DNA of 54,801 bases, from contig CAMVNW010000002.1 of NCBI GenBank assembly GCA_947168965.1, positions 1 to 54,801 on the forward strand, given 5' to 3'. Source of the DNA: an uncultured Bacillales bacterium. GTDB lineage: Bacteria > Bacillota_I > Bacilli_A > RF39 > UBA660. Position numbers and translations under genes: made by a program. The notes below the pieces were generated by a model that had not been told where the DNA came from, did not search any database, and was given only the letters and a program-made list of their open reading frames with translations. This document shows, piece by piece, positions 28,735 to 37,556 of the stretch; the stretch's first letter is position 1; each line of letters begins with the position of its first letter.

Positions 28735-29988
28735 ATGGAAAAAATAAAAATTGAGGGAAATCATACATTAACAGGAACAATAAAAATTAGTGGAGCAAAA
28801 AATAGCGCAGTAGCACTAGTACCAGCTTCTCTATTAGCAGAAGATACTGTTACAATAGATAATATACCAAATATATCAGATATAAAAGCATTAAACGAAA
28901 TATTAGAATACTTAGGAGCAAAAGTAAAAAGAGAAGAAGAAACAATGGTAATTGATCCTAGTACAGTAAAAAATATTGCAATACCAGAAGATCATGCAAA
29001 AAAACTAAGAGCATCATACTACTTCATGGGAGCATTATTAGGAAAATATAAAAAAGCAGAAATGTATTTTCCAGGTGGATGTAGTATAGGCGCACGCCCA
29101 ATTGACCTACATTTAAAAGGATTTGAAGCATTAGGAGCAACAATAACAACAGAAGGCGATAAATATATTATTGAAGCAGATGAATTAATAGGAACAAATA
29201 TATACTTAGACTTTGCATCAGTAGGAGCAACAATAAATATTATGTTAGCAGCAACAAAAGCAACAGGAACAACAATAATAGAAAATGCAGCAAAAGAACC
29301 AGAAATAGTAAACGTTGCAACATTCTTAAATCAAATGGGTGCAAAAATAACAGGAGCCGGAACAAGCGAAATAAAAATAATAGGAGTAAAAAAATTACAT
29401 GGTTGCTTCACAGAAGTAATACCAGATAGAATAGAAGCAGGAACATACATAATCGCAGGAGCACTAGTTGGAGATAATTTAAGAATTGATAACATAATCC
29501 CTGATCATATAGAAGCATTACTATTAAAACTAAAAGAAATGAAAGCAAATATGAAAGTAGAAAAAGATCATATAATAATATCAAAAACAGATAAACTAAA
29601 AAAAGTAAACGTTCAAACACAAGTATTCCCAGGTTTTCCAACAGATTTACAACAACCATTAACAACATTATTAACACAATGTACTGGAACATCAATAATG
29701 GAAGAAAATATATATGAAAATAGATTTCAAAACGTTCCATATTTAACAGAAATGGGAGCAAATATAAAAATCGATGAAAAAATGTTAATTATAAATGGTC
29801 CAACAAAACTAGTAGGAAAAGAAGTAGAAGCAACAGATCTAAGAGCTGGAGCATGTTTAGTACTTGCAGGATTACTAGCAGAAGGAGAAACAAAAATAAC
29901 AAATATAAAATATATACTAAGAGGATATGAAAATATAATACAAAAATTAACAAACGTTGGGGCTCATATTTCATTAATAGATGAATAA
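28735..29988 (+). CDS. murA: UDP-N-acetylglucosamine 1-carboxyvinyltransferase
   Basis: 417 aa with ISGAKNSAV and the catalytic-Cys loop PGGCSIGARPIDLH. Confidence 0.95.
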   Translation: MEKIKIEGNHTLTGTIKISGAKNSAVALVPASLLAEDTVTIDNIPNISDIKALNEILEYLGAKVKREEETMVIDPSTVKNIAIPEDHAKKLRASYYFMGALLGKYKKAEMYFPGGCSIGARPIDLHLKGFEALGATITTEGDKYIIEADELIGTNIYLDFASVGATINIMLAATKATGTTIIENAAKEPEIVNVATFLNQMGAKITGAGTSEIKIIGVKKLHGCFTEVIPDRIEAGTYIIAGALVGDNLRIDNIIPDHIEALLLKLKEMKANMKVEKDHIIISKTDKLKKVNVQTQVFPGFPTDLQQPLTTLLTQCTGTSIMEENIYENRFQNVPYLTEMGANIKIDEKMLIINGPTKLVGKEVEATDLRAGACLVLAGLLAEGETKITNIKYILRGYENIIQKLTNVGAHISLIDE

Positions 29989-30027
29989 AATTAAGTAGAT
30001 AAAATCTACTTTTTTTTAGGAGGAAAA

Positions 30028-30723
30028 ATGAAAAAAATACTAATAATTGGGATTATAATACTATGCATATTTATAATATATCTAACAACAATAGATAAAA
30101 AAGTATACTACTTATCACTTGGAGATGAAATATCATTAGGAATAACAAAAGAAGGATACTATGAAAAAGGCTATCCACTATATATAAAAGAATACCTTGA
30201 AGAAAAAAACAAACTAGAAATATTCATAGACGATTATGAAACACAAGGATATAGAATAACAGATATAATAAATGATATAAAAAATAATAAAGAACTAGAA
30301 GAAACAAATAAAACAATAAAAAACACATTAATTAAAGCAGATCTGCTTACAATATCTATAGGAACAAACGATATACTATCTAAAATAAATAAAGAAAAAA
30401 CATTAACCAAAATAGACTATAAAAGATTACATGATAATATAGAAGAAATAATAAATGATTTAGATAAACTATTAAGCATAATAAGAGAATATTGCAAAGA
30501 AGATATACTATTTATAGGAATAGATATAAATACAACAAACGAAAAACTAAATGAAATAATAAACTATGCAAACGAAAAATTTAAAGAAACATCAGAAAAA
30601 TATAATATTATATATATAGATAGATATAATAATGAAGGAGAGCATATATATCCTACAAAAGAAGAATATAAATCAATAGGAGATAGAATAAAAGAAAAAA
30701 TAAATGACAATTTACTAAAATAA
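30028..30723 (+). CDS. Membrane-anchored SGNH/GDSL-like hydrolase with a variant block I
   Basis: N-terminal TM segment. Block I reads LGDEIS, with Glu where the nucleophile Ser is usual. Block III GTND and a late His (GEHIYP) are present. Confidence 0.55.
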   Translation: MKKILIIGIIILCIFIIYLTTIDKKVYYLSLGDEISLGITKEGYYEKGYPLYIKEYLEEKNKLEIFIDDYETQGYRITDIINDIKNNKELEETNKTIKNTLIKADLLTISIGTNDILSKINKEKTLTKIDYKRLHDNIEEIINDLDKLLSIIREYCKEDILFIGIDINTTNEKLNEIINYANEKFKETSEKYNIIYIDRYNNEGEHIYPTKEEYKSIGDRIKEKINDNLLK

Positions 30724-30756
30724 TAAATAATGATATAATTAAATCAGGAGGTAATT

Positions 30757-31401
30757 ATGGAAAATAATAAAATATTTACAAAAATTTATGGTTGGATGTT
30801 TATAGGACTATTAATATCAGCAATAACAGGGTATTTTATATCAACAAATACAAATATGCTATATAATATTTTTAAGCCTTCTGTATTTATGATATTAGTG
30901 ATTTTAGAAATAGGAGTAAGTATATGGCTTACAGCAGGAATAAGAAAAATGGAAATAATGACAGCAAAAATTTTATTCTGTCTATACTCATTCATAACAG
31001 GTGTAACATTTTCAATAATATTTTTAGCATATAGAATAGACTCAATAGTAGCAATATTTGCATTAACATCTCTAATATTTGCTATAATGTCTTTAGTTGG
31101 AAAATTCACAAATATGGACCTTACAAAACTAGGAACAATATTACTCGTAGGTCTTATAGTAATAATAATCGCATCATTAATAAACTTAATTCTAGGCTCA
31201 GTAATATTTGATTTAGGAATAACAATAATAGGAATAATTATATTTATAGGTTATATAGCATATGATACACAAAACATAAAAAATATGGCATTATCTTTAG
31301 AAGAAGATAAAGCAGCAATCTTTTGTGCATTTCAACTATATTTAGATTTTATAAATCTATTTATAAAACTTTTAAGATTATTTGGAAAAAGCAAGGATTA
31401 A
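30757..31401 (+). CDS. Bax inhibitor-1/YccA family membrane protein
   Basis: 214 aa with seven TM segments. C-terminal pattern AAIFCAFQLYLDFINLF. Confidence 0.8.
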   Translation: MENNKIFTKIYGWMFIGLLISAITGYFISTNTNMLYNIFKPSVFMILVILEIGVSIWLTAGIRKMEIMTAKILFCLYSFITGVTFSIIFLAYRIDSIVAIFALTSLIFAIMSLVGKFTNMDLTKLGTILLVGLIVIIIASLINLILGSVIFDLGITIIGIIIFIGYIAYDTQNIKNMALSLEEDKAAIFCAFQLYLDFINLFIKLLRLFGKSKD

Positions 31402-31486
31402 CTCTTGCTTTTTTTAAAAAAAGTTGCTATACTATACAAGTAAATTTCTATGACTTGAATTAAAGTCATGGCGGAAGGAGAGAATT

Positions 31487-31699
31487 ATGAAAAAAGGAAT
31501 ACATCCAGAATATATGGATACACAAGTAACATGTGCATGCGGAAACAAATTCACAGTAAGATCAAATAAAAAAGAATTACACCTAGAAGTTTGTAACAAA
31601 TGTCATCCATTCTATAATGGAGGAAACTCAACAGTAACTAAGAAAACTGGTGCAGTTGATAAATTCAATAAAAAATACGGTTTAGACAAAGCTGCATAA
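31487..31699 (+). CDS. rpmE: 50S ribosomal protein L31 (zinc-binding type A)
   Basis: MKKGIHPEY start with four Cys residues (CAC...CNKCHPFY). Confidence 0.95.
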   Translation: MKKGIHPEYMDTQVTCACGNKFTVRSNKKELHLEVCNKCHPFYNGGNSTVTKKTGAVDKFNKKYGLDKAA

Positions 31700-31731
31700 A
31701 AGTACTTTTAAAAAAGTACTTTTTTTTATGC
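31694..31731 (+). terminator. Long AT-rich hairpin terminator after rpmE
   Basis: TGCATAAAAGTACTTTT-aa-AAAAGTACTTTTTTTTATGCA, a near-perfect palindrome ending in a T-run. Confidence 0.6.
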
Positions 31732-31806
31732 AAAACAAAAAAATTAAACTCCTTGATTTTATGCGACATATTTATTATAATATATTAAGATAAACGTGGT
31801 GATTAA

Positions 31807-33300
31807 ATGAAAAAAATATTAACGATAATTATAACAATAATACTAGCAATAGTGATGTTTTATTTTCAATTAGTAAAAGCAGGAGATAACAACAAAGAAC
31901 CAAATACATACTATAATGTATATTTAGATGGTGAATTGTTAGGAAGCATAAAATCAAAACAAGAATTAGAAAAATATATTGATAACCAAAATGAAGAATA
32001 TAAAAAACAATATAATGTAGATACAATATATGCACCTAATGGATTAGATATAAAGGCAGACGTAGTATATAATGACAAAATAGAACCAGTAGAAAAAATA
32101 TATAAAAAAATATTAAACAAAAAACCATTCACAATAAAAGGTTATCAATATACAATAACATCATCATATGAAAATGAAGAGAATGAAGAAGAAAATGACA
32201 ATCAAATAAAAATATTTGTTCTAAACAAAGATACATTTAAAGAATCCATCGAAACATTTATAAAAACATATGTAGGCGAAGATGCATACGAATTGTATAA
32301 AAATAATAATCAAAAAGAAGTAGAAAACGTCGGATCTAAAATAGAAAAAGTATATGTGAAGAATAACATAACAGTAAAAGAAACAACAATACCAGTTACA
32401 GAAAAGATATATGTAAAACAAGAAGAACTATCAAAGTTTTTCCTATTTGGACCAGAAGAAAAAAAACAAGAATATATGGTAGAAGATGGAGATACAATTG
32501 AAACAGTATCATTTAAAAATAAAATAAGTTCACAAGAATTTTTATTAGCAAATCCAACATTTACAAGTACAAAAAATCTATTGTTTCCAGGACAAAAAGT
32601 AACAATTAGCCAAACAGATCCACAAATTCAAATAGTGGTAAAACAATACGTAGTAGAAGATGTTGAGAGTACATTCAAAACAGAAATAACATATGACGAC
32701 ACAAGATTAAAAGGAGATAACGAAACCATTAGAGAAGGAGAAAATGGTTTAAACAGAATAAGCAAAGAACTAGAAATAACAAATGGAATAATAACAAATA
32801 CGACAACAAAGAATATAGAAGAATTAAAACCAACTATATCAAAACTAATGGTATATGGAGAAAAAGAAATACCAAACGTAGGAACAAAAAACTGGGGATG
32901 GCCAACAAATCAAGGATATACAATATCATCTCCATATGGCTGGCGTGTAGACCCAATAGACGGATCGCGTTCACTACATACCGGACTAGACATAGCAGGA
33001 ACAGGATTAGGTTCACCAGTATATGCATCAGACAATGGAACAGTAATAAAATCAGAATATAACGGTGCAGGATATGGAAATTATATAGTAATAAATCATA
33101 ATAATGGATATTACACATCATATGCACACATGAACGAAAGAGTATCAAATATAGGTGATACAGTTGCAAAAGGACAAGTTATAGGATACGTAGGTCAAAC
33201 AGGAAGAGCAACAGGACCACACTTACATTTTGAAGCATGGTATGGAGGAGCTCCATTTGCAGGTGGAGAAAGATTTAATCCATTTGACTTATTTAACTAA
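31807..33300 (+). CDS. Membrane-anchored LysM/G5/M23 peptidoglycan metalloendopeptidase
   Basis: LysM (YMVEDGDTIETVS...PGQKVTI), G5-like (REGENGLNRI...VYG), and an intact M23 site (HTGLDIA ... GPHLHFE). Confidence 0.8.
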   Translation: MKKILTIIITIILAIVMFYFQLVKAGDNNKEPNTYYNVYLDGELLGSIKSKQELEKYIDNQNEEYKKQYNVDTIYAPNGLDIKADVVYNDKIEPVEKIYKKILNKKPFTIKGYQYTITSSYENEENEEENDNQIKIFVLNKDTFKESIETFIKTYVGEDAYELYKNNNQKEVENVGSKIEKVYVKNNITVKETTIPVTEKIYVKQEELSKFFLFGPEEKKQEYMVEDGDTIETVSFKNKISSQEFLLANPTFTSTKNLLFPGQKVTISQTDPQIQIVVKQYVVEDVESTFKTEITYDDTRLKGDNETIREGENGLNRISKELEITNGIITNTTTKNIEELKPTISKLMVYGEKEIPNVGTKNWGWPTNQGYTISSPYGWRVDPIDGSRSLHTGLDIAGTGLGSPVYASDNGTVIKSEYNGAGYGNYIVINHNNGYYTSYAHMNERVSNIGDTVAKGQVIGYVGQTGRATGPHLHFEAWYGGAPFAGGERFNPFDLFN

Positions 33301-33311
33301 AAGGAGAAATT

Positions 33312-33752
33312 ATGAAAATAGGAATAGCAAGTGATCATAGAGGATATGAAACAAAAGAAAAACTAAAACAAATATTTAAAGAATATGAAATAATAGACTA
33401 TGGTACCAATTCAACAGAAAGAACAGATTATCCAATATATGGAATAAAACTAGGAGAAAAAATAAGAGATAAAGAAGTTGACTATGGAATAGCAATATGT
33501 GGAAGTGCTGTAGGAATATCAATAGCGTGCAACAAAGTAAAAGGAGTAAGATGTGGAAAAATAAACAACAAAGAAGAAGCAATACATGCAAAAGTAAATG
33601 ACCATGTAAATGTAATAGCAATATCAGGAGAAGCTCCACTAGAAGAAAATATAGAAATAATAAAAGCATTTCTTAACTCAAAAGAAAATATGGAAGATCC
33701 AGTATATTTAAAAAGAGTAAAACAAATAGAAAGATACGAAAATGAGCGCTAA
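33312..33752 (+). CDS. rpiB: Ribose-5-phosphate isomerase B (RpiB/LacAB family)
   Basis: MKIGIASDHRGY, ICGSAVGISIACNK. Confidence 0.9.
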   Translation: MKIGIASDHRGYETKEKLKQIFKEYEIIDYGTNSTERTDYPIYGIKLGEKIRDKEVDYGIAICGSAVGISIACNKVKGVRCGKINNKEEAIHAKVNDHVNVIAISGEAPLEENIEIIKAFLNSKENMEDPVYLKRVKQIERYENER

Positions 33753-33939
33753 AACAGTATTATATATATTTATAACACCATTAGTTATTTGGGCATTAGA
33801 TAGTATAAACATTACAAACGTTTTTAAAAAAAACAGATATTATCAAGCAAGAGCACTTTATCTAATTCTAGCACTATCACTTTCATATTTAACAGTAAAT
33901 TTCATATATGATTTCTTCATGTATTCAAAAATAATATAG
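33742..33939 (+). CDS. DUF1146 (YwzB-like) small membrane protein
   Basis: 65 aa. IWALDSINITNVFKKNRYYQARALYLILALSLSY parallels B. subtilis YwzB as I recall it. Confidence 0.65.
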   Translation: MSAKTVLYIFITPLVIWALDSINITNVFKKNRYYQARALYLILALSLSYLTVNFIYDFFMYSKII

Positions 33940-33967
33940 TTATGAACATACATAACTATTTTTTTTT
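33938..33967 (+). terminator. Rho-independent terminator
   Basis: AGTTATG-aacata-CATAACT followed by ATTTTTTTTT. The left arm and loop contain a TTATGAACAT decamer. Confidence 0.6.
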
Positions 33968-34041
33968 ACTTTTGAACATAATTATTAAAATAAATAGTTA
34001 TACACTTATGCACATAAAAAAATTCGACAAAATTATCGACA
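33940..34041 (+). promoter_or_regulatory. Cluster of DnaA-box-like decamers plus two Spo0A-box-like heptamers upstream of spoIID
   Basis: TTATGAACAT at 33940, TTTTGAACAT at 33970, TTATGCACAT at 34006, and a weak TTATACACT at 33998, all in the same orientation. TTCGACA at 34023-34029 and ATCGACA at 34035-34041. TATAAT at 34051-34056. Confidence 0.4.
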
Positions 34042-34073
34042 AAAGAATAATATAATCAAAAAAGGTGATTATA

Positions 34074-34994
34074 ATGAAAAGAATAATAAATTTAACATTA
34101 TTACTTATATTATTACCAGCCATAACAATACTAGCATTATCACCCATACAAAACAAAAAACAAGAAACAAAATATACATTAGAAAAAAACACAAGTGTAA
34201 GAGTAATGAGAAACGAAACAAATACAATAGAAAAAATACCATTAGAACAATATCTAATTGGAGTACTATCAGGAGAAATGCCAATAAGCTATAATATAGA
34301 GGCACTAAAAGCACAGGCCGTAGCCGCACGAACATATACATTAAAAAAAATGGAAACAAATAAAGATAACTCTTATGATGTAATAGACACAACTGACGAT
34401 CAAGTATATCTAGATGATAATTACTTAAAAGAAAATTGGAAAGAAAAATATAATGAATACATAAAAAAAGTAAAACAAGCAGTTGATGAGACATCAGGTG
34501 AATATTTAACATATGATGGTCAAATAATAAAAGCATTCTTTTTTTCAACAAGCAGTGGAACAACAGAAAATTGTAAAGATGTATTTGGTGAAAACTTACC
34601 ATACCTAATAAGCGTTTCATCAACATGGGATGTAAACTCACCATCATACTTAGATAGTAAAACATTGTCATTACAAGAATTCTATCAAACATTAGGACTA
34701 GAATATCAAGAAGAATTAAATATAAACATAGAAAGAAATGAGACAAATTCAATAAGCAATATAACTATAAATAATACTACATTCAAAGGAACAGAATTTA
34801 GACAAAAACTAAATCTAAAATCAACAAATATAGAAATAACACAAGAAGGAAAAGAAGTAACATTAATATCAAAAGGATTTGGACATGGAGTAGGAATGAG
34901 TCAATATGGAGCACAACAACTCGCACAACAAGGATATAAATATAATGAAATACTAAAATATTATTACACAGGAATAGATTTTAAAAAAATTTAA
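34074..34994 (+). CDS. spoIID: Stage II sporulation protein D (SpoIID/LytB domain)
   Basis: EMPISYNIEALKAQAVAARTY, FFSTSSGTTEN and GHGVGMSQYGA motifs. ATG at 34074 lies 5 nt after AAAGGTGA. The track start at 34065 is a GTG inside the SD. Confidence 0.85.
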   Translation: MKRIINLTLLLILLPAITILALSPIQNKKQETKYTLEKNTSVRVMRNETNTIEKIPLEQYLIGVLSGEMPISYNIEALKAQAVAARTYTLKKMETNKDNSYDVIDTTDDQVYLDDNYLKENWKEKYNEYIKKVKQAVDETSGEYLTYDGQIIKAFFFSTSSGTTENCKDVFGENLPYLISVSSTWDVNSPSYLDSKTLSLQEFYQTLGLEYQEELNINIERNETNSISNITINNTTFKGTEFRQKLNLKSTNIEITQEGKEVTLISKGFGHGVGMSQYGAQQLAQQGYKYNEILKYYYTGIDFKKI

Positions 34995-35047
34995 AAAAAA
35001 TGTATAAATAATTAATATATGTCAAGACTCTTAATAGAGGTGAAAAA

Positions 35048-35671
35048 ATGACAGAAAGAAAGGTAAAAAAATCAGTAATATATTTAGGATATACTTTAGG
35101 ACTATTATTATTAGTAGGTTTATTCACAATTGTAGAAGTAAAATTAAACAAAAAAACACCAGAGGAAAAAGACTATGTAAATAAAACAATATTTGAAAAC
35201 AAAATACCAGTAGTAGGTTCATTAGAAATAATAGCAAGACCTTATACAGATAACACTGTAAAAATCGCAACAAACTATTACAATAAACAAGATGACGAAG
35301 AAACACAAAAAAACTCATTAATATTATTTGAAAATACATATCTTCCATCAACAGGAATAGATTATCAATCTGATTATGACTTCGATGTAGTGTCAATATT
35401 AGATGGGATAGTAGTTACAGTTAAAGAAGATCAAACACTAGGAAGAATAGTAGAAATAAAACATAAGAATAATATAATAAGCACATATCAAAGCTTAAGT
35501 GAAGTATTAGTAAAAGAAGGCGACGAAGTAAAACAAGGAACAATCATAGGAAAAAGTGGAACATCAAACATACAAAAAGACATGGGAAGTCACCTACACT
35601 TCGAGCTTACAATAGATAGTCAAACAGTAGATCCAGAAGAATATTATGATAAAGAATTAGGTAATTTATAA
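35048..35671 (+). CDS. spoIIQ: SpoIIQ-like membrane-anchored degenerate LytM/M23 protein
   Basis: N-terminal TM segment. The M23 fold retains HLHFE, but the first metal-ligand motif reads STGID (Ser in place of His), as in B. subtilis SpoIIQ. Lies between spoIID and spoIIID. Confidence 0.6.
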   Translation: MTERKVKKSVIYLGYTLGLLLLVGLFTIVEVKLNKKTPEEKDYVNKTIFENKIPVVGSLEIIARPYTDNTVKIATNYYNKQDDEETQKNSLILFENTYLPSTGIDYQSDYDFDVVSILDGIVVTVKEDQTLGRIVEIKHKNNIISTYQSLSEVLVKEGDEVKQGTIIGKSGTSNIQKDMGSHLHFELTIDSQTVDPEEYYDKELGNL

Positions 35672-35719
35672 CTAGTTCTTTTTTTAAAATAATCACATAT
35701 TAATTATTGAGGTGATTAT

Positions 35720-35971
35720 TTGGATAAAATAAAAGAAAGAGTACTAGAAGAAGCTAAATACATGATAAAAACAAAAGAAACAGTAAGAGAAATAGCAAAA
35801 GTATTTAACGTATCAAAAAGTACTGTACATAAAGATTTACATGAAAGATTAATACAATTAGATAATATATTATCAGAACAAGTAGAAAAAATATTAAAAT
35901 ATCATATAGATATCAGACATATTAGAGGTGGAGAATCAACAAAGAAAAAATACCTAAAATTGGAAAATTAA
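35720..35971 (+). CDS. spoIIID: Stage III sporulation protein D (mother-cell transcription factor)
   Basis: 83 aa. VREIAKVFNVSKSTVHKDLHERL and IRHIRGGESTKKKY are near-identical to SpoIIID hallmarks. TTG start after GAGGTGA. Confidence 0.9.
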   Translation: MDKIKERVLEEAKYMIKTKETVREIAKVFNVSKSTVHKDLHERLIQLDNILSEQVEKILKYHIDIRHIRGGESTKKKYLKLEN

Positions 35972-36024
35972 ATAAAAAACAACAATAATTATGATATAAT
36001 GAATATGATAAGGGAGGGGATAAA

Positions 36025-37014
36025 ATGTTTGCAAAAGACATAGGAATAGATTTAGGAACAGCAAATGTATTAATATATGTAAAAGGACAAGGAATAGTAT
36101 TAAATGAACCAAGCGTTGTAGCAATAGATTCAGAAACAAAAAAACCACTAGCAGTTGGAAGAGAAGCAAGAGACATGTTAGGAAGAACACCAGGTACAGT
36201 TCACGCAATAAGGCCAATGAAAGACGGAGTAATAGCAGACTTTGAAGTAACAGAAGTAATGCTAAATCACTTCATAAAAAAAATAAATGGAAAAGGCTTT
36301 CTATCCCGTCCAAGAATACTTATTTGTTGCCCATCAAACATAACACAAGTAGAAAAAAATGCAATTAAAGATGCTGCAGAAAGAACAGGAGCAAAAAAAG
36401 TGTTCCTGGAAGAAGAACCAAAAGTAGCAGCAGTAGGAGCAGGACTTGACATATCCGCACCTAGAGGAAGCATGGTAATAGATGTAGGTGGAGGAACAAC
36501 AGACGTTGCAGTATTATCATTAGGAGGAATAGTTAACAGTGCATCAATAAAAATAGCAGGAAACGTATTCGATAATGATATAGCAAAATATATAAAAGAT
36601 AAATATAAACTACTAATAGGAGATAGAACAGCAGAAGAAATAAAACTTGAAATAGGAACAGTATATCCAACAGAAAAAAAAGAAAAAATGGACGTAAGAG
36701 GAAGAGACTTAGTAACAGGACTTCCACATACAATAACAATAACATCAGATGAAGTAGAAGAAGCATTAAGAGAAAGTATATATATAATAGTTAACACAGC
36801 AAAAAATGTATTAGAACAAACTCCACCAGAATTATCAGCAGATATAATAGATAAAGGAATCGTTGTAACAGGTGGAGGAGCACTTATAAAAGGATTTGAC
36901 GAACTACTAGCACATGAATTAAAAGTACCAGTATTCGTTGCAGAAAGCCCACTTACATGCGTTGCAGAAGGAACAGGTATCCTTTTAGACAATATACATT
37001 TGATAGATAAATAA
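36025..37014 (+). CDS. mreB: Rod-shape-determining actin homologue MreB/Mbl
   Basis: 329 aa with DIGIDLGTANVLIY and VIDVGGGTTDVAV. Its position after spoIIID matches mbl in B. subtilis. Confidence 0.9.
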   Translation: MFAKDIGIDLGTANVLIYVKGQGIVLNEPSVVAIDSETKKPLAVGREARDMLGRTPGTVHAIRPMKDGVIADFEVTEVMLNHFIKKINGKGFLSRPRILICCPSNITQVEKNAIKDAAERTGAKKVFLEEEPKVAAVGAGLDISAPRGSMVIDVGGGTTDVAVLSLGGIVNSASIKIAGNVFDNDIAKYIKDKYKLLIGDRTAEEIKLEIGTVYPTEKKEKMDVRGRDLVTGLPHTITITSDEVEEALRESIYIIVNTAKNVLEQTPPELSADIIDKGIVVTGGGALIKGFDELLAHELKVPVFVAESPLTCVAEGTGILLDNIHLIDK

Positions 37015-37120
37015 AAAAACTTTACAAAAAAAAGTAAAATAAACAATAAAAAGTATTTAAAAGTTTAATATAATAGACTAAAATACTTTTTTTTTGATAC
37101 AATAAAGTGGGTGATAACAT

Positions 37121-37555
37121 ATGAGACATTTTTGTGCATCGGCATATATAATAGATCCAGAGAATAAAAAAATATTATTGGTAAAACATAAAAAATTCGG
37201 AAAGTGGGTACAACCAGGCGGACACATAGAACACGATGAATTTCCAGAAGAAGCCGCAATAAGAGAAGCCTATGAAGAAACAGGAATTAAGATTAAACTT
37301 TTAGGAGATAGATTCCCAAGAGAAGAAGATTTTATAAGACCACTAGGAATACAAAAGAATAGAACAGAAACAGGAGTACATATAGACTTTATATATCCTG
37401 CAATCCCACTTAATCATAAAGAATTAGTAATAAGTGATGAATCGACAAATATTGGTTGGTTTACTAGAGAACAATTAGAATCACTAAATGTATTTCCTGA
37501 TATTAAAATTACAATGGATTATATATTAAAAAATTATTTTAATGAGGTGGAGTAA
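37121..37555 (+). CDS. NUDIX hydrolase
   Basis: Nudix box GGHIEHDEFPEEAAIREAYEETG. Confidence 0.85.
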   Translation: MRHFCASAYIIDPENKKILLVKHKKFGKWVQPGGHIEHDEFPEEAAIREAYEETGIKIKLLGDRFPREEDFIRPLGIQKNRTETGVHIDFIYPAIPLNHKELVISDESTNIGWFTREQLESLNVFPDIKITMDYILKNYFNEVE

Positions 37556-37556
37556 T

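Noticed and set aside
31450-31469. 7-bp hairpin (ATGACTT-gaatta-AAGTCAT) in the rpmE leader, considered as a possible autoregulatory element
   Set aside because: It is short, AT-rich, and does not occlude the SD. I know of no established L31 leader motif to compare it with. It is kept only as a note.
36267-37046. 259-aa minus-strand ORF covering almost all of mreB/mbl
   Set aside because: It is a shadow ORF antisense to a clearly conserved gene. Its composition is low-complexity Ser/Phe/Ile-rich, there is no SD and no recognisable motif. The A-rich sense strand yields few stop codons in the antisense frames.
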